Shown piece by piece: positions 26,805-37,716 of a stretch of DNA of 43,881 nt. The notes under the pieces are model-generated. The model was not told the DNA's origin and ran no database searches. It saw nothing but the letters and a program-made list of their open reading frames with translations. The stretch is from Gemmatimonadaceae bacterium (lineage in GTDB: Bacteria; Gemmatimonadota; Gemmatimonadetes; Gemmatimonadales; Gemmatimonadaceae). The translations under genes were made by a program, and so were the position numbers. The stretch is taken from NCBI GenBank assembly GCA_035249955.1, contig DATFFQ010000039.1:1-43881 (forward strand), given 5' to 3'. Each line of letters opens with the position of its first letter. Positions within the stretch are counted from its first letter, which is position 1.

Positions 26805-28341
26805 GGCGCCGGACGACATCGCGACGGCAGGAGGGGGGAGGCGCCTGCACCCACTCACGGTCGCCTTCTCGACGCTCGAGATCGCCAGAAGCCTGGTGCT
26901 GCCGGCAGTGGTGGGTGGCGTCTCGGCGGCGGATGGCGACTTCATGCGCGGGCTCACGTGGGTCGCCGCGCTGCTGGCCGTGCCGGCCATCGCGTTCTCC
27001 ATCGCGTCGTACGTCAACTTCAGGTATCTGCTGCGCGGCGACGAGCTCATCGTTCGCTCGGGGACGCTACGACGGCAGTATCGCGTGATCCCGCTGGCGC
27101 GCGTGCAGAATACCGAGCTGCGACAGAGCGCGATGCAGCGGCTCCTTGGCGTGGCCGAGGTGCGCGTGGAGACCGCCGGCGCCGCTGGTGCCGAGGCACG
27201 ACTGTCGGTCGTCTCGCTCGGGGATGGCGAACGGTTGAGGAGCGACATCCTCGCGCGACGCGGGCCGCCGGGCACGGCACACACTTCGGAGGGAGCGACG
27301 GGTGCGCCGGCTGTCCTGCTGAGCCGCCTCAGCGTGCGCGATCTGGTACTGGCGGGCGCGACGTCGAACGAAGCCGGACTGATTCTGGCGGCGATCGCCG
27401 GTGCGCTGGGAATAGTCGACGACTTGCCGCTCCCCCTTCCGGCGTGGCTGGAGGATCCCACTGGATGGCTGCCCGACCGTTCACCGTTAGGCATCGCGGG
27501 CATCGTCGGGGTGGGAGTCCTGGTGGTTCTCGTGGCCGGCCGGCTGCTCTCCATTCTCGGGGCCGTCGTTGGGTATCACGGCTTCACGCTCGAGCGCACC
27601 GGTAGCGAGCTGCGCAAGCGTTACGGACTGCTCTCCAGGCGGGAGGCGCACATCCCGCTCCGGCGCGTTCAGGCGATCCGTGTGGTAGAATCGGCGCTGC
27701 GGAGACGACTCGGGCTCGCCTCGCTCAAGATCGAGACGGCCGCCGGCTTCGCCGGAGAGCGAGAGCTTCGTGGGGCGGAGGCCTTTCTTCCGCTGGCGCG
27801 CACGGCGTCGATTCCGCAGCTGATGCGCGAGGTATTCGGCGAGCTCGATTACGACGCGGTGCGGTTCGAGCCCGTCCACCCGCGCTCACGGCGCCGCGCG
27901 TTCACCAGGTATGTGCTCGTGCTCACCGCGTCGGTGCTGGCGTTGGCACTCCTGTTCGATCCGTGGTGGCTGCTGCTGCTGGCCGCCGCGCCGGCGCTAC
28001 ATCTGCTGGCCGCGTGGCAATACCGGCACCGCGGCTATGCGCGGGTTCCGGGTTTCGTGCTCGCCAGAAGCGGCGCCTTCCGGCGGCAGACGTGGATCAT
28101 TCCCGAGCACAAGCTGCAGACGCTGCACGTGCGCGCATCGCCCTTCCAGCGGCGGCACGACCTCGCGACGCTCGAGCTGGATACCGCGGCGGGGCACGCG
28201 GCGAGCGTGGTCGACCTGGGTGGGGCCGATGCGACGGCGCTGCTGTACCGCCTGGCCAGAGCGGCACTGCGGCCGCGCGCGCAGCGCGCTGACGGCGTTC
28301 TACCGCCTGAAACCGCGCCGGCCGACGGCGCGTATGGATGA
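26794..28341 (+). CDS. YdbT-like membrane protein with three bPH_2 (DUF304) repeats.
   Basis: Three repeats of the TM-hairpin plus YRxxxxxL/IPLxRVQ pattern: RRQYRVIPLARVQNTE, REAHIPLRRVQAIRV, RRQTWIIPEHKLQTLHV. Confidence 0.65.
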   Translation: MPSEAPDDIATAGGGRRLHPLTVAFSTLEIARSLVLPAVVGGVSAADGDFMRGLTWVAALLAVPAIAFSIASYVNFRYLLRGDELIVRSGTLRRQYRVIPLARVQNTELRQSAMQRLLGVAEVRVETAGAAGAEARLSVVSLGDGERLRSDILARRGPPGTAHTSEGATGAPAVLLSRLSVRDLVLAGATSNEAGLILAAIAGALGIVDDLPLPLPAWLEDPTGWLPDRSPLGIAGIVGVGVLVVLVAGRLLSILGAVVGYHGFTLERTGSELRKRYGLLSRREAHIPLRRVQAIRVVESALRRRLGLASLKIETAAGFAGERELRGAEAFLPLARTASIPQLMREVFGELDYDAVRFEPVHPRSRRRAFTRYVLVLTASVLALALLFDPWWLLLLAAAPALHLLAAWQYRHRGYARVPGFVLARSGAFRRQTWIIPEHKLQTLHVRASPFQRRHDLATLELDTAAGHAASVVDLGGADATALLYRLARAALRPRAQRADGVLPPETAPADGAYG

Positions 28342-28445
28342 CACGGGCGTCGCGAGCGATCGCGCCGGGTGATCGCTCGGAAGCGGCTCGGAGCCGGGGT
28401 GCAGCATGGGAGCCGTGCCGGGTGGCGCCGCAAGGGAGGGAGAGC

Positions 28446-28796
28446 ATGTCTGCGATCGGGAAATTGCTGTTCGCCGGAGCGGTCGGGCTGGTGCTGCTGA
28501 TTCCAGCAGCGATCGTGTTGGCGGTGATCGGTGCACCGATCGCGGCCATCCTCGCCGTCGTAGCCCTGCCCCTGTTGCTCGTGGTCGCGATCGTGGGTCT
28601 GCCGGTCGTGCTGGCGCTGGGCGTCGGCGCGATCGTCGTCGCGGTGGTCCTCGGGCTGCTGGTGGCGCTGGTCGGCATCACGCTCGCGCTGCTCAAGCTG
28701 GCCCTCTTCGTGGCGCTGCCCGTGATGGCGGTGGTGTACCTCGTGAGGCGCTCGCGCCGCTCGAGCGACCAGTACGATCTCGACGCGATGGGCTAG
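28446..28796 (+). CDS. Small polytopic membrane protein (hypothetical, about 4 TM).
   Basis: A GGGAGGGAG SD precedes the ATG. Nearly the entire 116 aa are A/V/L/I/G hydrophobic helices, ending in a charged tail RRSRRSSDQYDLDAMG. Confidence 0.5.
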   Translation: MSAIGKLLFAGAVGLVLLIPAAIVLAVIGAPIAAILAVVALPLLLVVAIVGLPVVLALGVGAIVVAVVLGLLVALVGITLALLKLALFVALPVMAVVYLVRRSRRSSDQYDLDAMG

Positions 28797-28818
28797 CCCC
28801 AGGGGAGCCACACGATCG

Positions 28819-28855
28819 AAAAAAAGAGAGGCGCGGGGCAGCGCCTCTCTTTTTT
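28819..28855. terminator. Bidirectional Rho-independent terminator.
   Basis: aaaaaaa-agagaggcgc-ggggca-gcgcctctct-ttttt. A perfect 10-bp stem is flanked by an A-run and a T-run, so it serves both the upstream + operon and the convergent minus-strand gene. Confidence 0.75.
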
Positions 28856-28874
28856 GTGCCGGGCTACGGCGCGC

Positions 28875-29171
28875 TCAGGCGAGCGATTCGAGGTACTCGA
28901 ACAGCTTGGGGTGGATGCTCCGTGCGCGCGACTCGGAGATGCGGCGGCAGCGCTCGCCCAGATACTCGGCGTTGAACAGTGTCGTGGTGACGGGACTGTT
29001 TGGCTCCCGCTTGTCGATTTGTGCGCAGACGGCGTTGAGGCACACACCGCCTTCCTTCACGAAGGAATGTCCCGCCAGGTGGATCGCAATGACGTTGCCG
29101 GCACTGAGCTGCCGCTCGGCATCGATGAACTCTTCGAAGAACCGATACCCACGCATCAGTGAGCTCCGCAT
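28875..29171 (-). CDS. Hypothetical small protein (about 98 aa). The start is ambiguous among GTG 29201, ATG 29171 and ATG 29156.
   Basis: MRSSLMRGYRFFEEFIDAERQLSAGNVIAIHLAGHSFVKEGGVCLNAVCAQIDKREPNSP...KLFEYLESLA. Non-repetitive and globular-looking, with no recognised family. It is bounded by the bidirectional terminator. Confidence 0.4.
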   Translation of the reverse strand: MRSSLMRGYRFFEEFIDAERQLSAGNVIAIHLAGHSFVKEGGVCLNAVCAQIDKREPNSPVTTTLFNAEYLGERCRRISESRARSIHPKLFEYLESLA

Positions 29172-29354
29172 CCCGCACCCCCGGCTCAGGTCCCTGTTCA
29201 CGTATGCATCGCTCGCGCCACCGCGTATACAGCCTGTGAGCTGCTCAGCCTCCGCCGGTGCTCAGTACCAATACCGCCGCTGCATTGTCGCTGTTCCTCC
29301 CGCCGCGCACCGCCTGTTCAGCCACACCCGCGTTGCGCGCCTGCCTCACCCCAT

Positions 29355-29369
29355 GTCACATCCTGTGAC
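29355..29369. promoter_or_regulatory. Palindrome GTCACA-tcc-TGTGAC, 136 nt upstream of aceB (candidate operator).
   Basis: Read directly: ccatGTCACAtccTGTGACacg. 6-3-6 perfect inverted repeat. Confidence 0.3.
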
Positions 29370-29504
29370 ACGCCGGTGCCTCCGTGATCGTTCGCCGCGG
29401 CTTGACCACTCGCATAATCGACTGATGGAAGCGACCATGTAGCATAGCTCTTGCGAATCCGCGCTCACGTCCCGAGCCGCCTCGCCCTCTATCGAGGACA
29501 CGGA

Positions 29505-31094
29505 ATGCCCTCAGGGTTGACTGAACAGATCGAGATCGTCGGACGTGCGGTGCCCGGCCAGGAGCGCGTCCTCACTCCCGACGCGCTCGGCTTCGTTGCG
29601 CAACTCCATCGCGAGTTCCGCGCGGTCCGTGCGCAGCTGCTGGAGCGCCGCGCCGCGCGCCAGCTGGAGCTCGATGGCGGGACGTTGCCCGATTTCCTGA
29701 CCTCGACCGCCAACGTCAGGAGTGGCGACTGGCAGGTGGCTGACTGCCCGGCCGCGCTACTCGATCGCCGCGTCGAGATCACCGGGCCGGTGGAGCGCAA
29801 GATGATGATCAATGCGCTCAACTCGGGGGCCAGCGTGTTCATGGCCGACTTCGAGGACGCGCTGTCGCCCACGTGGACCAACGTGGTCGACGGGCAGAGC
29901 AACCTCATTGACGCGGTGCGTCGGACGCTCTCGCTCACCACGCCGGAAAAGGAGTATCGGCTGGCCGAACGGACCGCGACGTTGCTCGTCCGGCCGCGCG
30001 GCTGGCACCTGTCCGAGAAGCATCTCCTGGTCGACGGCGAGCCGATCTCCGCCAGCCTCTGCGACTTCGGGTTGTACTTCTTCCACAACGCACGGGAGCT
30101 GCTCGATCGAGGCGCGGGCCCGTACTTCTATCTGCCGAAGTTGGAGAGCCACCTCGAGGCCCGCCTCTGGAACGACGTCTTCACCTTCGCGCAGGACCGA
30201 CTGGACCTTCCGCGAGGCACCATCCGCGCGACGGTGCTCATCGAGACGATCCTCGCCGCGTTCGAGATGGAGGAGATCCTCTACGAGCTGCGCGACCACG
30301 CGGCCGGCCTCAATGCCGGACGGTGGGACTACATTTTCAGCGCGATCAAGAAGTTCAGGAACCGCGCCGAATTCATGCTGCCCGATCGTGTCCAGGTGAC
30401 GATGACGGTGCCGTTCATGCGCGCCTACACGGAGCTACTGGTGAAGACCTGCCATCGGCGCGGTGCGCACGCCATTGGCGGGATGGCCGCGTTCATACCG
30501 AGCCGGCGCGATCCGGAGGTCAACGAGGTCGCCCTGCGCAAGGTGCGGGAGGACAAGGAGCGCGAGTCCTCCGACGGCTTCGATGGGACCTGGGTGGCGC
30601 ACCCCGACCTCGTGCCCGTGGCGAAGGAGGTCTTCGACCGCGTGCTGGGCGCGCGGCCACATCAGAAGGAGAAGCGGCGAGACGACATCGCGGTGAAGGC
30701 CGACGAGCTCCGTGACATTCGCGTGCCCTCCGGCCGTATCACGCGGGCCGGCGTCACCGGCAACATCACCGTCGCCCTCCAGTATCTGGACGCGTGGCTG
30801 CGCGGCTCGGGCGCGGTCGCGATCAACAATCTCATGGAAGACACCGCCACGGCCGAGATCTCGCGAGCGCAGCTCTGGCAGTGGGTGCGCCACGGCGCAC
30901 CGCTGGCCGAGGGCGGGACGGTGACGGCCGAGCTGTACCGCGCGGTGCGCGATCAGGAGCTGCAGGCGCTGGAGGGTGAGCGCGGCGGCAACGGCTCGCG
31001 TCTGCGCGATGCCGCGGGCCTGCTCGATGCACTGGTGCTGAACGATCGATTCACTGAATTCCTCACCATTCCTGGATATGGACTTCTCGACTAG
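29505..31094 (+). CDS. aceB: Malate synthase A.
   Basis: GAGGA plus 6 nt upstream of [69 protein letters not shown] and [12 protein letters not shown] match AceB throughout. 529 aa. Confidence 0.9.
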   Translation: MPSGLTEQIEIVGRAVPGQERVLTPDALGFVAQLHREFRAVRAQLLERRAARQLELDGGTLPDFLTSTANVRSGDWQVADCPAALLDRRVEITGPVERKMMINALNSGASVFMADFEDALSPTWTNVVDGQSNLIDAVRRTLSLTTPEKEYRLAERTATLLVRPRGWHLSEKHLLVDGEPISASLCDFGLYFFHNARELLDRGAGPYFYLPKLESHLEARLWNDVFTFAQDRLDLPRGTIRATVLIETILAAFEMEEILYELRDHAAGLNAGRWDYIFSAIKKFRNRAEFMLPDRVQVTMTVPFMRAYTELLVKTCHRRGAHAIGGMAAFIPSRRDPEVNEVALRKVREDKERESSDGFDGTWVAHPDLVPVAKEVFDRVLGARPHQKEKRRDDIAVKADELRDIRVPSGRITRAGVTGNITVALQYLDAWLRGSGAVAINNLMEDTATAEISRAQLWQWVRHGAPLAEGGTVTAELYRAVRDQELQALEGERGGNGSRLRDAAGLLDALVLNDRFTEFLTIPGYGLLD

Positions 31095-31119
31095 CGCCGC
31101 ATCTCGACAGGGGGAACCG

Positions 31120-32427
<1,308 letters not shown>

Positions 32428-32455
32428 CGGCTCACACGGCGAGAGTCGTGGACGA

Positions 32456-32494
32456 CCCCGGATCGATACCAGTCGATCCGGGGTTTTCGTTTTT
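32456..32494 (+). terminator. Rho-independent terminator after aceA.
   Basis: ccccggatcga-taccag-tcgatccgggg followed by ttttcgttttt. Confidence 0.7.
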
Positions 32495-32595
32495 CCTGAT
32501 TGCATTTCCCGCCCGAGCGCCGCACTTTGATCGGAGTCCCTGCACGCGCGGCGCTGGCCCGGCCCGCCGGCGTCCACGGTCCCCTCCGAGCACCA

Positions 32596-33138
32596 ATGAT
32601 CGCGCTCTACATCTTCTCGCTCGTCCTCGGTGGCGGCTTGCTGCTCCTCGGCATATTCGGCGGCGAGCACGACCACGATGTGTCCGGAGACACGGATCAC
32701 CATCTCGGCGGGATGGAGATCTTCTCCCTCCGCACGCTGACGTACTTCCTGTTCGCCTTCGGCGGCGTCGGCGTGGGACTCAGCCTCGCTGCCGGGGGAC
32801 TGTGGAGCGGGCTCATCCTTGGCGCTGCCGCTCTCTCCGGTGCGGCGGTCGCCGGCGTGAGCGCGGCCGTGTTCGGCTATCTCAGGCGCTCGGGCTCAGG
32901 CGATCGGTCGGGCGACACGAGCTTCGTCGGCCTCACCGGTAAGGTGCTGGTGCCGTTCAGCAGCACCGGATTGGGCAAGGTGCAGGTGCAGCGCGGGCCG
33001 CGCACCATCGAGCTGGCGGCGCGTCCGCTGGAGTCGGGCGAGGTGCCCCCGCACCAATGGAAGTCCGTGGTCGTGGTCGAGATGCGCGGCGGTACGGCCC
33101 TCGTCGCGCCCGTGGATGCGTCGCTGGCGGAGTCGTGA
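32596..33138 (+). CDS. NfeD-family membrane protein (short form with a C-terminal OB-fold).
   Basis: Hydrophobic N-terminal helices (MIALYIFSLVLGGGLLLLGIFGG...) and a C-terminal beta-rich segment GKVLVPFSSTGLGKVQVQRGPRTIELAARP...VVVVEMRGGTALVAP, typical of NfeD/YuaF partners of flotillins. Located immediately upstream of the flotillin gene. Confidence 0.6.
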   Translation: MIALYIFSLVLGGGLLLLGIFGGEHDHDVSGDTDHHLGGMEIFSLRTLTYFLFAFGGVGVGLSLAAGGLWSGLILGAAALSGAAVAGVSAAVFGYLRRSGSGDRSGDTSFVGLTGKVLVPFSSTGLGKVQVQRGPRTIELAARPLESGEVPPHQWKSVVVVEMRGGTALVAPVDASLAES

Positions 33139-33184
33139 AGGCGTCGATCGCCGGCCGCAGTTTCAGCCTCTTCTGGAGATCGTG

Positions 33185-34729
33185 ATGGACAACCTGGTTC
33201 TCGTCGGCCCCGCCATCGTCGCCGGCGTCGCGCTCGTCGCCGTGGTGGCCCTGGTCGCCACCATCAAGTCACTCATCGTCATCGTGCCACCCAACTCGGC
33301 GGCCATCATCACCGGCCGCAGCCGCACGCTCGACGATGGAAAGAACGTCGGCTACCGCGCGGTGATCGGCGGTCGCACACTGCGGGTGCCGATCATCGAG
33401 CAGGTGTCGTGGATTCCGCTGGCCACGATCCCGATCGAGCTCACGGTCCAGAACGCGTTCTCCAAGGGAGGAATCCCGCTCTCCGTGCAGGCGGTGGCGA
33501 ACGTGAAGGTGGCCTCCGAGCCCGAGACGACGTTCAACAACGGCGTGGAGCGACTGCTGGGCAAGCGCATGCAGGAGATCGAGGAGCTGGCCAAGGAGAC
33601 GCTGTCGGCCAACCTGCGCGGTGTGCTGGCGACGCTCACTCCTGAAGAGGTAAACGAAGACCGGATGAAGTTCGCCGCCGAGCTGCTGCAGGAGGCAGAC
33701 CAGGATCTCCAGAAGCTCGGACTCCAGCTCGACATCCTGAAGATCCAGAACGTGACGGACGAGGTGGGATACCTGGCGGCGGTGGGGCGTGCGAAGACGG
33801 CGCAGGTGCTCAAGGAAGCGCAGATCGCCGAGGCCGCCAACCAGGCCGAGACGAAGCAGCGTCAGGCCGAGGCGCGTACCCTGGCCGAGGTCACGCAGGC
33901 GCAGAACGAGGCGGAGGTGTTACAGCGGCAGGCTGAAGCGCGCAAACTGGCCGAAGTGGCGCAGGCGAGAGCCGACGCCGAGATCAAGCAGCAGCAGGCG
34001 GAGGCACGCAAACTGGCCGAGGTCGCCCAGGCGATGGTGGAAGCGGAGATCAAGAAACAGCAAGCAGATGCACGACGAATGGCGGAAGTCGCGCAGGCTC
34101 AGGCCGAGGTGACCATCGCCGACGCCCGGAACACGCTCCGGGTGAAGCAGGCGCAGTTCAACCAGGAAGCCGAGACCACCGAGCGTGTGGCGCGCGTCGA
34201 GGCCATGCGTGCCGAGGTGGAAGCGCAGCAGACACTCGAGAGTCAGCGCGTGGAGCTCCAGAAGCGAAGGCTCTCGGCGGACATCGTCGAGCCTGCGGAA
34301 GCGGAGCGGAAGGCGGCCGAGCTGCGCGCCAAGGCTGCATCGGCGCCGATCCTCGAGAACGGGAAGGCGCAGGTCGAGGTGCTGAAGCTCCTCTACTCGC
34401 AGATCAAGGACGCGGGCGAACAGGGGTTCTCGGTGTTCATGGCCGAGAAGCTGCCCGCACTGCTCGCGACGTCCATGGAGGCGGTGAAGGGGATCGATAT
34501 CGAGCGCGTGGTGGTGCTGGACGGCGGGAGCGGCGAAGGGGTGAGCAACGCCGCCAACCAGCGCGTGACTGCCGCGCTGCGCACGATGGAGGGGCTCGCC
34601 TCGGCGTTCGGCGTCGACATCCAGAAGGTGCTGCAGTCGGCGGCGCGGCGCGCGGAGGGTTCGGCGCCCGTATCGGTGCCGCCCGACGGCGGGTACACGC
34701 CCATCGCCGACAAGGTCTCGAAGCGATAA
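33185..34729 (+). CDS. floT: Flotillin-like SPFH/band-7 protein.
   Basis: GGAGA plus 5 nt upstream of ATG. N-terminal TM, then an SPFH domain (VIVPPNSAAIITGRSR...), then a long EA-repeat coiled coil (QAEARKLAEVAQA repeated; tandem repeats of about 57 bp in the DNA), then a flotillin C-terminal region. Confidence 0.85.
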   Translation: MDNLVLVGPAIVAGVALVAVVALVATIKSLIVIVPPNSAAIITGRSRTLDDGKNVGYRAVIGGRTLRVPIIEQVSWIPLATIPIELTVQNAFSKGGIPLSVQAVANVKVASEPETTFNNGVERLLGKRMQEIEELAKETLSANLRGVLATLTPEEVNEDRMKFAAELLQEADQDLQKLGLQLDILKIQNVTDEVGYLAAVGRAKTAQVLKEAQIAEAANQAETKQRQAEARTLAEVTQAQNEAEVLQRQAEARKLAEVAQARADAEIKQQQAEARKLAEVAQAMVEAEIKKQQADARRMAEVAQAQAEVTIADARNTLRVKQAQFNQEAETTERVARVEAMRAEVEAQQTLESQRVELQKRRLSADIVEPAEAERKAAELRAKAASAPILENGKAQVEVLKLLYSQIKDAGEQGFSVFMAEKLPALLATSMEAVKGIDIERVVVLDGGSGEGVSNAANQRVTAALRTMEGLASAFGVDIQKVLQSAARRAEGSAPVSVPPDGGYTPIADKVSKR

Positions 34730-34863
34730 TCGACTCGTAATGCGGCCGTGAGCGATACGTAATTCGCCGCACACACGCTGGTAATGCACGCGTAAGAGGA
34801 CGCTCATCTCTCCTCCCTATTCTGTGACGGGCGGCACGACACGTTACCGGACAGGGAGGAGCG

Positions 34864-35559
34864 ATGTTGAGCACCCTCGTGGAGTCGAGACGGAACCGCT
34901 CGCGGCCGGGGCTTGGCGCGACCGTGAGTGCGGCAGTACACGCAGTGCTGGTGGTCCTCGCTGTCCAGTCCTCCGGCGTGGCGCGATCGCTGCCGCGAGC
35001 ACCGGAGGCGATCGACATCATCTATACGCCTCTGCTCTCCCGGCCGACACCGCGGACGGCGACGGCCACGAGGAGGTCTACCGGAGTGGGCGGCGAGAAG
35101 CGCACGGAGCCGGTCACGCCCGTGCCGCGGGTCGAGCTCCGGGTGCCCACCACTCTGCCGGAACCAGGTGTCACCATCGCCATCGCGCCTGACGAGTTCG
35201 GCGTCGCGCGTGACGTCGGGGCTCCACGCCGACCCGGCGGTGGCGATGGTGCCGGCGAGGTGTACTCGGCCGGTACCGTCGAGCGAGTCGCCGTACCACT
35301 GCCCGGCAACCCGGCGCCCGACTATCCGTCGGCGCCCCGCGCCGCAGGCATAGACGGCTATGTATTGGCGCGCTTCGTCGTCGATACCGGAGGTCGTGCC
35401 GAGCGGGGATCGCTTCGCATCATCGAGTCGTCAGGCGAGGCGTTCAGTGCCTCGGTGCGCCGCGTGCTGCCGCGCCTGCGCTTCGAGCCGGCGCGCGTCG
35501 GTGCGCGAAAGGTGCGGATGCTGGTGGAGCAGTCCTACGTCTTCCGCATCGAGCGATGA
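34864..35559 (+). CDS. tonB: TonB-family energy transducer.
   Basis: GGGAGGAG lies upstream of the ATG. N-terminal TM (AAVHAVLVVLAV), a Pro-rich spacer, and a C-terminal TonB_C domain: PDYPSAPRAAGIDGYVLARFVVDTGGRAE...VRMLVEQSYVFRI. Confidence 0.75.
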   Translation: MLSTLVESRRNRSRPGLGATVSAAVHAVLVVLAVQSSGVARSLPRAPEAIDIIYTPLLSRPTPRTATATRRSTGVGGEKRTEPVTPVPRVELRVPTTLPEPGVTIAIAPDEFGVARDVGAPRRPGGGDGAGEVYSAGTVERVAVPLPGNPAPDYPSAPRAAGIDGYVLARFVVDTGGRAERGSLRIIESSGEAFSASVRRVLPRLRFEPARVGARKVRMLVEQSYVFRIER

Positions 35560-35569
35560 CGCGAAATGC

Positions 35570-36628
35570 TCAGACGCGCGTCGTGTCGGGCTCCGGAACG
35601 AAGTTCCCGCTCTGCTTGCGCTCCTGGTAGCCCATCGCCTTGAGCTTGGCGATGCGGATCGCCATCGGCGGGTGCGTGCCGAGCAGCTCGGCCAGGAAAC
35701 CTTGCTTGGAGTTCAGCTTCCGGCCGGTGGGATCGGCGATACAGAGGTGTGCGCTCCCGCTCTTGATGGACTTGGTGGGCGCCTCGGCGTGCTCGATCTT
35801 TTCGAGCGCGGTAGCCAGCGCGAGCGGATTGCGCGTGAACTGCGCGCTCATCGCGTCGGCCAGATACTCGCGCTTGCGACTCACGCCGAGCGCGAGCACG
35901 CGCGTGATGAGCGGCGCGAGCACCCAGCTGATGATCCACAGCACGACCAGGATCAGAATGATCGGGCCGAGGTTGCTTCCCTTCTTGCCGCCGCCTCCGC
36001 GCCCCGACCGTCCGCCAACGCGCGCGCCGGTGCGCAGCGCGCGACCCACCCCGTCGGAGATGAGCGCCACGGCGCCCACCAGCGCCGCCAGGAGCGTCAT
36101 CAGGCGAACATCCAGGTTCTTGACGTGCCCCATCTCGTGCGCGATCACCGCCTGAAGCTCATCGCGCGAGCAGAGCGCCAGCAGTCCTTCGGTGACGGCA
36201 ACGCTGGCGTTTCGCTCGTCGTGGCCGGTGGCGAACGCGTTGGGGTCGGCCTCGGGAACGATCCAGACGCGAGGGCGAGGAAGTCCCGACGCGATGGCCA
36301 TCTCCTCCACGACGTTCACGAGCTGCTGCTCCTCGGGCGTGGACGGGCTCGTGACCTCGCGCGCGCCGGTGGCCCAGAGCACCTTCCGCGGTCCAGTACG
36401 CCACGCGTACCGGGCGAGGCCCACCGCGATGGCGGTGAGCATGAGTCCGAACCACGGCACCACGTGCCGGTACTCGGCCGGTCCCGCTTCGGCGGTGGAC
36501 AGGTAGAAGATGAGATCGCCGCCGAAGCCCAGCCATGCGAAGAAGAGAACGAAGCCGATCACCAGCCAGCGTGATCGGCGCCTGTTCGCCTCCTGCTGGT
36601 CGAAGAGATTGACGCTCTCGTCGCTCAC
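35570..36628 (-). CDS. htpX: M48-family zinc metalloprotease HtpX homologue.
   Basis: HEMGHVKN (HExxH), EYLADAMS, and an N-terminal TM pair. The GTG start overlaps the lemA stop (GTGA). Confidence 0.8.
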   Translation of the reverse strand: MSDESVNLFDQQEANRRRSRWLVIGFVLFFAWLGFGGDLIFYLSTAEAGPAEYRHVVPWFGLMLTAIAVGLARYAWRTGPRKVLWATGAREVTSPSTPEEQQLVNVVEEMAIASGLPRPRVWIVPEADPNAFATGHDERNASVAVTEGLLALCSRDELQAVIAHEMGHVKNLDVRLMTLLAALVGAVALISDGVGRALRTGARVGGRSGRGGGGKKGSNLGPIILILVVLWIISWVLAPLITRVLALGVSRKREYLADAMSAQFTRNPLALATALEKIEHAEAPTKSIKSGSAHLCIADPTGRKLNSKQGFLAELLGTHPPMAIRIAKLKAMGYQERKQSGNFVPEPDTTRV

Positions 36629-37206
36629 GGCTTCGGGTTCAGCGAGAGATCGACCTTCGGCGTCGCGCGCTCGGCGACGTCCGTGATCTCCCACAGCTCG
36701 GCGGGTGTGGCCTTGGCGAGGCCCGCGACAAGATTCGTCGGGAACTGCATCTGCTTCGTGTTGTATTGGGTCGCCGTATCGTTGTAGAGCTGCCTCGCGA
36801 ACGCGATCTTGTTCTCGGTGGACGTGAGCTCTTCCTGGAGCTGCGCAACGTTGCCGGTCGCCTTGAGCTCCGGGTACGCCTCGACCACCGCGAGCAGCCG
36901 GTGCAGCGCGCCGGTGAGCTGCGTCTCGGCAGCCGCGACGGTGCCGACGCCGGCGTTCGACTGATTGACCTGGATCGCCTGATTGCGCGCCTTCACCACC
37001 GCATCGAGCGTGTCACGCTCGAACTGCATGGCGCCCTTCACGGTCTCGACGAGATTGGGGATCAGGTCGTAGCGCCGCTTGAGCTGGACGTCGATCTGCT
37101 TCCACGCGTTGTACACTGCGTTCTTGAGGCGGATCAGCGTGTTGTAGGCGCTGATCACCCAGAAAGCGATGACGAGGAGGACGACGAGCAGAATGATCAT
37201 TCCCAT
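36625..37206 (-). CDS. lemA: LemA-family protein.
   Basis: MGMIILLVVLLVIAFWVISAYNTLIRLKNAVYNAWKQIDVQLKRRYDLIPNLVETVKG...YNTKQMQFPTNLVAGL is a canonical LemA sequence. Confidence 0.85.
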   Translation of the reverse strand: MGMIILLVVLLVIAFWVISAYNTLIRLKNAVYNAWKQIDVQLKRRYDLIPNLVETVKGAMQFERDTLDAVVKARNQAIQVNQSNAGVGTVAAAETQLTGALHRLLAVVEAYPELKATGNVAQLQEELTSTENKIAFARQLYNDTATQYNTKQMQFPTNLVAGLAKATPAELWEITDVAERATPKVDLSLNPKP

Positions 37207-37227
37207 GGTGCACCCCGGGGGCGAATG

Positions 37228-37350
37228 TGATGGGGACTAGGGATTGGGCATTCGGGATTGGACCTGCATGCACGTTCGGGCACGCGTCACGATCTCTGTT
37301 CTGCAGTCCTCCCAATCCCCAATCCCTGGTCCTCAATCCCTGGCGCAAGA
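37228..37350. repeat. Inverted array of GGGATTGG octamers (2 direct plus 3 inverted copies) flanking a roughly 50-nt spacer. Candidate terminator or regulatory hairpin between a small membrane-protein gene and lemA.
   Basis: ctaGGGATTGGgcattcGGGATTGGacc ... 50 nt ... cCCAATCCCCAATCCCtggtcctCAATCCCtgg. Confidence 0.45.
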
Positions 37351-37356
37351 CTGCGC

Positions 37357-37572
37357 TCAGCTCTGAGGGCGTCGCTGCTCCCCACCGCCGTCACCAGCGC
37401 GGCGGCGCTTGAGCCAGCTGAGTGGGATGAGAAAGAGCGGGGTGAGGAAGATGCCGAGCAGCGTGTTGATCCAGATCAACGCAATGTAGAACGAGATGAG
37501 GCCCAATCCGGCCCACAGCGTCCCGAGCGGTCCGTGCGTCTCCAACGTGATCCTCGGCGTGAGAGTGTGCAT
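37357..37572 (-). CDS. Small two-TM membrane protein (hypothetical).
   Basis: LWAGLGLISFYIALIWINTLLGIFLTPLFLIPLSWLKRRR. It could be spurious. Confidence 0.35.
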   Translation of the reverse strand: MHTLTPRITLETHGPLGTLWAGLGLISFYIALIWINTLLGIFLTPLFLIPLSWLKRRRAGDGGGEQRRPQS

Positions 37573-37716
37573 CGAGCGTCCGCGCCATCAATGTATTGAC
37601 GGTGGCTGGATGGGGCCAGAGTCCGAGGCGCGTCATGCCCCGCGAGCGGAATGCGGCTAAGTTTCGACTCAGCGCCAGCTTCCACTCGCGACCTCGACTC
37701 GTTTTCGATCGCCCGA

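Noticed and set aside
26286-27554. 422-aa minus ORF
   Set aside because: Antisense to ydbS/ydbT. S/T/R/P-rich mirror-frame translation.
29402-29445. Possible sigma70-like promoter (cTTGACC ... cataat) upstream of aceB
   Set aside because: Spacing between the -35-like and -10-like hexamers does not fit 16-18 bp, and the promoter consensus of this phylum is unknown. Too weak to call.
35557-35582. GACGCG...CGCGTC inverted repeat spanning the convergent tonB/htpX stops
   Set aside because: The stem is only 6 bp with no U-tract. Likely incidental.
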